Source of the DNA: Candidatus Nitrosopumilus koreensis AR1 | Lineage (GTDB): Archaea; Thermoproteota; Nitrososphaeria; Nitrososphaerales; Nitrosopumilaceae | DNA length: 32,000 bases | Direction of reading: 5' to 3' | Assembly (NCBI RefSeq): GCF_000299365.1 | Contig: NC_018655.1 | Location: 300,001-332,000 of the forward strand | Shown: positions 28,101 through 32,000 of the stretch, piece after piece | Layout of the letters: the number at the start of each line of letters is the position of its first letter | Position numbering within the stretch: position 1 is the stretch's first letter | The notes under the pieces: generated by a model | What the model was told of the DNA's origin: nothing | Database searches by the model: none | The model's input: only the letters and a program-made list of their open reading frames with translations | Program-made: the position numbers and the translations under genes

Positions 28101-30259
28101 AGTCCACATCCACAAGACCTAACAACCTTTCAATTTTCCCATACCATCTAACTGCAATTACTAAAAACGGAGATACAAAAGCAATTGACTCTGGAGAAGA
28201 GATTGGACCTAAAAACACTGTTATTTACGTTCAAATTCATGATGCAGACTATAACTTGTCTCCAAATGGAGAAGACACACTATCCCAAAACGTTGATGGT
28301 ACGACTAATGGACCAGTCAAAGTATTTGTAACTAGAGGTTCTTCTGTTTTACTTTTAGCAACAGCTGGTGGTGAGGATGCAAAGACTGGTGTAATTACAA
28401 CTGGAAAGAATGTAAAAAGTGGAATTACAAGAGAACTTGGACCAATTTCCGAAATCACTCCAAACTCTGGAATCTTCCAATTCAATTTGCCACTAAGATA
28501 TGTTGATGGACCTGCATCTACAAAATGTCCTGTTACACCTGAATCTGGATTTACAAAATTAGACAAAACAAAGACTGGTGTGCTATCTAGATTTGACATT
28601 TCACCTTCTACTGGAAATTACTGTATCTTACAAGGAGATATAATTACAGTCGAGTATTCTGACCAAGCAGATGCATCTGGCTCTAAGAGAACAGTAACTG
28701 ACTCGGCAGCATTTGATCTTAGAATTGCATCACTCCAATCAGATACTCAATCTTACATTATTGGACGTGATGCCTTGATTACTCTCATTGATCCTGATCT
28801 TAACTTTAACTCTAAACAGGCAGAGACTTTCTCCCTTGATCTTCTAGAATGGGATTCAGATGATGCTAAAGCTACGATGGGGCAATTGGGCGGAACAGCT
28901 ACTAAAAATGGAAAAATCTTTGATGCAAAACCAGTTGGATTACGTGAGACAGGTGAATCAACTGGAATCTTCCAGACCACCATAGAAATCCCATCAGAGA
29001 TTAATGGAAAACCCCTTGATAGAGGTGAAACAATCAAACTCACCTATACTGATTGGGGTACTGCAGGTGCTGATTTTGTTGGAAATAGTGACCAAAAAGT
29101 GGAATTAAGATTCACAACTTCTAACTTTCAGTCATTGATATCTTTGGATAAGAAAGTGTATACTTGGACAGACAGGGTATATGTCACAATTGTTGCACCT
29201 GATCACAATTTTGATCAGAACAAGATTGATGAAATTGGTTCCAAGTCTACAAATGAAATCAAAATTTCTACAAGAGAAAACAAACTATCCATGTACAAAT
29301 TAACTGAAACAGGCCCTGATACTGGAATCTTTACTGGTGAGGTAATACTTACGGGATTCAAACATGATGCTGATGGTAATCCTAGAACGGGTAACATAGA
29401 TGGTATTGATACAAATCCTAGAACTCAACCAAAAACTGGTGGAGGGCCAACAAATGGTTTCTTGGAATCTAAAAACGATGATGGACTTTCAATATCATTT
29501 CAATTTACAGATAGAGAGACATCAACTGCTTCAGCCCTAATTAGATGGAATATTGGAGAAGTTGAGTGGCTTCAAGGAACAACAACAGCTAACGGACATG
29601 GAATTATTAGAGTAATTGATCCTGATATGAACCTCAATCCTGAAACTGTGAACACATTTACCATCGATATGTGGTCTGATTCGGATCTTGGTGGAATAGA
29701 TGTTACTGTAACTGAAACAGGCCCTGCAACTGGAATCTTTGAAGGAGATGTAACATTTTCAACAAAGGACCAATCATCAGGTCACAGATTACGGGTTAAT
29801 GAAGGTGATTATGTTACTGCAAAATATGAAGACAATACATTGCCAAAACCATACTCCAAAGCCGATGAACTCAAAATTACTTCCACCATATTTATTGGAG
29901 ATATAGTTCCTCCACTGGAACGTGTATACATAGGAACACCTAGAGTAGTTGATTCCTTTGGAAATGTAATTGGCCAAGTGAAAACTGGAGAACAGATTCA
30001 GGTTTCATCTGGCATTTCTAACAATAATGTTGGTAGTCAACCATTTTCATATGTAGTTCAAATACAAGACTCTGATGGTATAGTAGAATCACTGTCTTGG
30101 ATTAGCGGAAGTCTGGAAAAAGGTCAGACTTTTTCACCTGCTGTATCTTGGATTCCTACTGATCCTGGAAAATATACTGCAACAATATTTGTTTGGCATA
30201 GTTTGGATAATCCTTCTGCATTAAGTCCTACTGTAGAATTTGAAATCAATGTTAGCTAA
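25160..30259 (+). CDS. Very large secreted S-layer protein candidate with repeated beta modules
   Basis: Track ORF 25127-30259 (1710 aa); ATG at 25160 gives signal peptide MIQKRALSSIILSILILTGSMSLGSFSDVDAQ. Repeated DPDxNxN and ETGxxTGxF motifs, acidic composition, size typical of Nitrosopumilus S-layer proteins. Confidence 0.85.
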   Translation: MIQKRALSSIILSILILTGSMSLGSFSDVDAQTQNLYVSADNPQSNNRISGPQVIEVVVRDENIRDTGKGLGEPDVTVNGKDLRMIQATDGNWYGYFADRKQAQIADSTVGLTGKGLDFGTFCARNTSVLGFSVSETDGIAIPISGTGVGGENGSKTPSQISQDCSFSSPYSKSNNVVRQAKTITAATTNVNLGQIGIVSKDLWPFIQLYDLNKGGNVLVQYNRGGGAQQTTLTFDNADKLVKHELDRSSYPRSSDVNLKITDLSLNIDPTSIDSWSFGTSTNPSTYYYLFDSSGKSHSDGTTGAVNLAPTLSSMMFKDNGILKINPNLQGQTAVLTIKDNDRSQTNGDGETSISQISTDAGSITTGNQPITISETSPNSGIFTTYDANSNSVLVTTQNAPRGTSASIEYNKKPTTLLVSFGKGTLSLDETLKGTEWNSGEEMPVILVDSDANKNNLKKEDLDLFNPSYKAIPSLSTGNPFTLGESGTETNSKITASFLNGYTLTPTTSEKFTLSGTTLGTKTATTVEKFSDRARIDPTTNSDSDALIIDLKTDLNKLYSSINNPFDTTKKFKGLNMFNFDIRSLNDTINSVDIYLLVGSSILDSSGNPASNIAAIKIATDTSLQNLINLNSTQQVTNPQTLHNNLFSSSFTGTEQIGLMFSYSKISNMGTETRPIVADFFSYGLIKDGQTKSERIANQIVRLEAEELANSSGKFRGSLEYIMLNQLNIFDSDTYEKIIPIDDEPVFLMVDELKGNDAVRISYNDLNSDGVFTAISDQQDILAHMGIVVLSVTTFKPGDTVGVTLTDKDLNVDSDLVDIYTVVDPSKYPNDPAADTVGSPNLGSSSTGQPYGRLLEITFDDEAWLKSSISRNGKSCSSISGSDGLASTGFTLVETGRKTGEFRGDFKIPSQYCSRSDGGIVKSTSGIDIGAKYYDFRGQSSQAAITSASAAVGATSGVVKLDRTNYPVPIGSVSDFFDTGKSTSTRPNNLSIFPYHLTAITKNGDTKAIDSGEEIGPKNTVIYVQIHDADYNLSPNGEDTLSQNVDGTTNGPVKVFVTRGSSVLLLATAGGEDAKTGVITTGKNVKSGITRELGPISEITPNSGIFQFNLPLRYVDGPASTKCPVTPESGFTKLDKTKTGVLSRFDISPSTGNYCILQGDIITVEYSDQADASGSKRTVTDSAAFDLRIASLQSDTQSYIIGRDALITLIDPDLNFNSKQAETFSLDLLEWDSDDAKATMGQLGGTATKNGKIFDAKPVGLRETGESTGIFQTTIEIPSEINGKPLDRGETIKLTYTDWGTAGADFVGNSDQKVELRFTTSNFQSLISLDKKVYTWTDRVYVTIVAPDHNFDQNKIDEIGSKSTNEIKISTRENKLSMYKLTETGPDTGIFTGEVILTGFKHDADGNPRTGNIDGIDTNPRTQPKTGGGPTNGFLESKNDDGLSISFQFTDRETSTASALIRWNIGEVEWLQGTTTANGHGIIRVIDPDMNLNPETVNTFTIDMWSDSDLGGIDVTVTETGPATGIFEGDVTFSTKDQSSGHRLRVNEGDYVTAKYEDNTLPKPYSKADELKITSTIFIGDIVPPLERVYIGTPRVVDSFGNVIGQVKTGEQIQVSSGISNNNVGSQPFSYVVQIQDSDGIVESLSWISGSLEKGQTFSPAVSWIPTDPGKYTATIFVWHSLDNPSALSPTVEFEINVS

Positions 30260-30287
30260 ATGAAAATGTAAATATGGTGAAATTCTT

Positions 30288-31328
30288 ATGTTCTCAATGA
30301 CAAAAACAACTTTTATTGCAATATTTGCAGTTGCTGTTCTTTTAACAGGAACTATGGCAGGACCTATTGGATTAGTTCAGTCAGCAGATGCCCTGAAATC
30401 AAAAGGAAACAACCTAACTGAAATCGGTTCAAAAAAGGTCTGTGGTGATAGACTTTGTTCTGAAGTTCCACCAGCAGAAAAATCTGGTGAGCCAAAAAAG
30501 AAGGAACAAGTAAAATCTGAAAAGAAAGCAGAATCTGCAGAAAAAGCAAAAGAGGCTCCGAAAAAAGATACAAAAGCTGAAAAAATGATGGAAGCTAAAA
30601 CTGTTACTAAAACTCCAAAAACTGTAACTGGTATTATCACATCAGAAACAGATCCTGGGATTGGTCATGAATCTCATCAGCTAGCAATAGTTTTGCCACC
30701 AAGTGACAAAACATACCGCGGATATTTGACATACACTGCATCTGAAAATGTTCAACTAGTTGCATTGCACGGTCCATTGAAAAAAGGAATGGATAAAGGG
30801 CAAGCAATTTGGACTACTGATGGAAAGACAAAATTCGGTCTTACCTTTGTAGATAAAGAAACCTCTACGGGAGTATGGCAGTTTACAGGTAATGCAATTG
30901 CTATACACACAAAGAATTCTGAACCATTCACTGTAAGCTACTCTGTCACATACACAGAGCATTCTACTGATGGTCAAAGAATAGTCAAAGGAACCACAAC
31001 TTCAGTACAAGATCCTGGAATTGGACATGAAGAACACCAACTAGCATTATTGTTGGCACCTAGAGACAAAGCATACTCTGGACACCTGACATATGATGCA
31101 TCAGAACAAGTTCAAATTGTAACTCTCATTGGACCAATAGAAAAGGGCCAAATTCAAGGAATGCCTTATTGGACTCCTGATGATAAGACCTACTATGCAT
31201 TATCATTGGTTCCAACTAAAGCAGCTGGTTCTACATCGTTCTCTGGAAATGCATTAGCACTTCACACGTTCAATTCTGAGCCATTTACCGTAAGCTACTC
31301 TATTGTGCTTACAAATCCACAAAAATAG
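30288..31328 (+). CDS. Secreted protein with Lys/Glu-rich linker and duplicated ~107-aa domain
   Basis: Signal peptide MTKTTFIAIFAVAVLLTGTMAGPIGLVQSADA; charged linker KSGEPKKKEQVKSEKKAESAEKAKEAPKKD; two DPGIGHExHQLAxxLxPxDKxYxGxLTYxASE repeats. Confidence 0.85.
   Translation: MFSMTKTTFIAIFAVAVLLTGTMAGPIGLVQSADALKSKGNNLTEIGSKKVCGDRLCSEVPPAEKSGEPKKKEQVKSEKKAESAEKAKEAPKKDTKAEKMMEAKTVTKTPKTVTGIITSETDPGIGHESHQLAIVLPPSDKTYRGYLTYTASENVQLVALHGPLKKGMDKGQAIWTTDGKTKFGLTFVDKETSTGVWQFTGNAIAIHTKNSEPFTVSYSVTYTEHSTDGQRIVKGTTTSVQDPGIGHEEHQLALLLAPRDKAYSGHLTYDASEQVQIVTLIGPIEKGQIQGMPYWTPDDKTYYALSLVPTKAAGSTSFSGNALALHTFNSEPFTVSYSIVLTNPQK
30630..31310 (+). repeat. Internal tandem domain duplication (period 120 aa)
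   Basis: GIITSETDPGIGHESHQLAIVLPPSDKTYRGYLTYTASENVQLVALHGPLKKG...NSEPFTVSYSVTY vs TTTSVQDPGIGHEEHQLALLLAPRDKAYSGHLTYDASEQVQIVTLIGPIEKG...NSEPFTVSYSIVL. Confidence 0.92.
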
Positions 31329-31423
31329 GGAACTAACGTTCTTTCATTTTTTTATACTATGCAATGATTAAATACCTTCAACATTCAATATAATTATTGA
31401 ATTTCTTAGTAGTATTCTCTATA

Positions 31424-32000
31424 ATGGCTATTTTGGCAACTGGAGTACTTGCTCCGGCATTACCATATTCTAATGCAGATATTATTCCTCCAAAACATCA
31501 AACAAAGATTGGAATTTCAGATGATGATGTTGTATGTGATTCTGGATTATTCAAAGTCATACGAGCTGCAAGCGATTCTGTAGCATGTGTCAAAGCAAAA
31601 AATGTATCAAAACTTGTTGCTAATGGATGGGCAAAAACAGTTGGCGATAAACCAGTAGATGAGGAACTTTTAAGCAAAATTATCAATAGAAAAAGCATTG
31701 ATCTTGCAACAATAAACATTCTTGAAACGGTTCCCATAAAATCAAGTACAGGCACTTCTGCACCTGGAAAATCAATTGCAAGTTACGATGTTGTTTTTGA
31801 AATTTGTGCTTCTGTCCCAATATATGCCCCCGATATTAATATCTCATCAGACAGTGAAACAAAACAATATGAATTGGCAAACATGCTAGAATCTGGTGTT
31901 TGTACTCTAAGTGCAACAAAACTCAAAGCAACTGATCCAAAATCAATCAAAATCATCATGTTAAACAAAGGTGATATTTCTGAAAAAATTGTAGCACTTC
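31424..32000 (+). CDS. Secreted hypothetical protein (partial, runs off the window end)
   Basis: ATG at 31424: MAILATGVLAPALPYSNADIIPPKHQTKIGISDDDVVCDSGLFKVIRAASDSVACVKAKNVSKLVANGWAKTV...; open to 32000. Not in the supplied track because it has no in-window stop. Confidence 0.75.
   Translation, partial: MAILATGVLAPALPYSNADIIPPKHQTKIGISDDDVVCDSGLFKVIRAASDSVACVKAKNVSKLVANGWAKTVGDKPVDEELLSKIINRKSIDLATINILETVPIKSSTGTSAPGKSIASYDVVFEICASVPIYAPDINISSDSETKQYELANMLESGVCTLSATKLKATDPKSIKIIMLNKGDISEKIVAL

Noticed and set aside
25407-29977. Many minus- and plus-strand ORFs of 60-116 aa inside the S-layer gene (e.g. 28249-28599, 28753-29043)
   Set aside because: They are shadow ORFs on the complement of a long, clearly coding frame, Ser/Pro/Val-rich with no motifs, and expected by chance from its codon usage.
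1-32000. CRISPR array, insertion sequence, toxin-antitoxin or phage-defence locus
   Set aside because: No regularly spaced direct repeats, terminal inverted repeats, transposase/integrase, Cas or restriction motifs were recognised by eye. A computational scan would be needed to exclude degenerate elements.

Overview
This 32 kb window is AT-rich chromosomal DNA from an ammonia-oxidising archaeon, most likely a Nitrosopumilus/Nitrosarchaeum-type member of the Thaumarchaeota (Nitrososphaerota). That assignment is an inference from the archaeal alaS/leuS, L1/L10/L12, a PEFG C-terminal sorting motif and a giant S-layer-like protein. The core genes are leuS (partial), alaS, ribosomal L12/P1, and L10 and L1 on the opposite strand from L12 and more than 4 kb away. 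Metabolic, membrane and regulatory genes are a zinc alcohol dehydrogenase, a PQQ-type sugar dehydrogenase, a histidine kinase with an unusual extracytoplasmic domain, a CheY-like regulator, an UPF0126/TRIC protein, Lrp/AsnC proteins, a nitroreductase, HTH regulators and a Kazal plus metallo-beta-lactamase fusion. The last ~8 kb is a surface-protein block containing a 1.7k-aa S-layer candidate with internal repeats and two other proteins with clear internal duplications. No CRISPR, recognisable transposon, rRNA or tRNA was found. I see no convincing new defence system. The best leads are the Kazal-MBL fusion flanked by single-helix mini-proteins, a W(x)n-H / PxH duplicated membrane protein, a shared ~37-aa surface repeat, a split minus-strand gene around 21.8-22.3 kb, a lineage-specific wHTH/Cys protein, and several very small ORFs missing from the ORF track.
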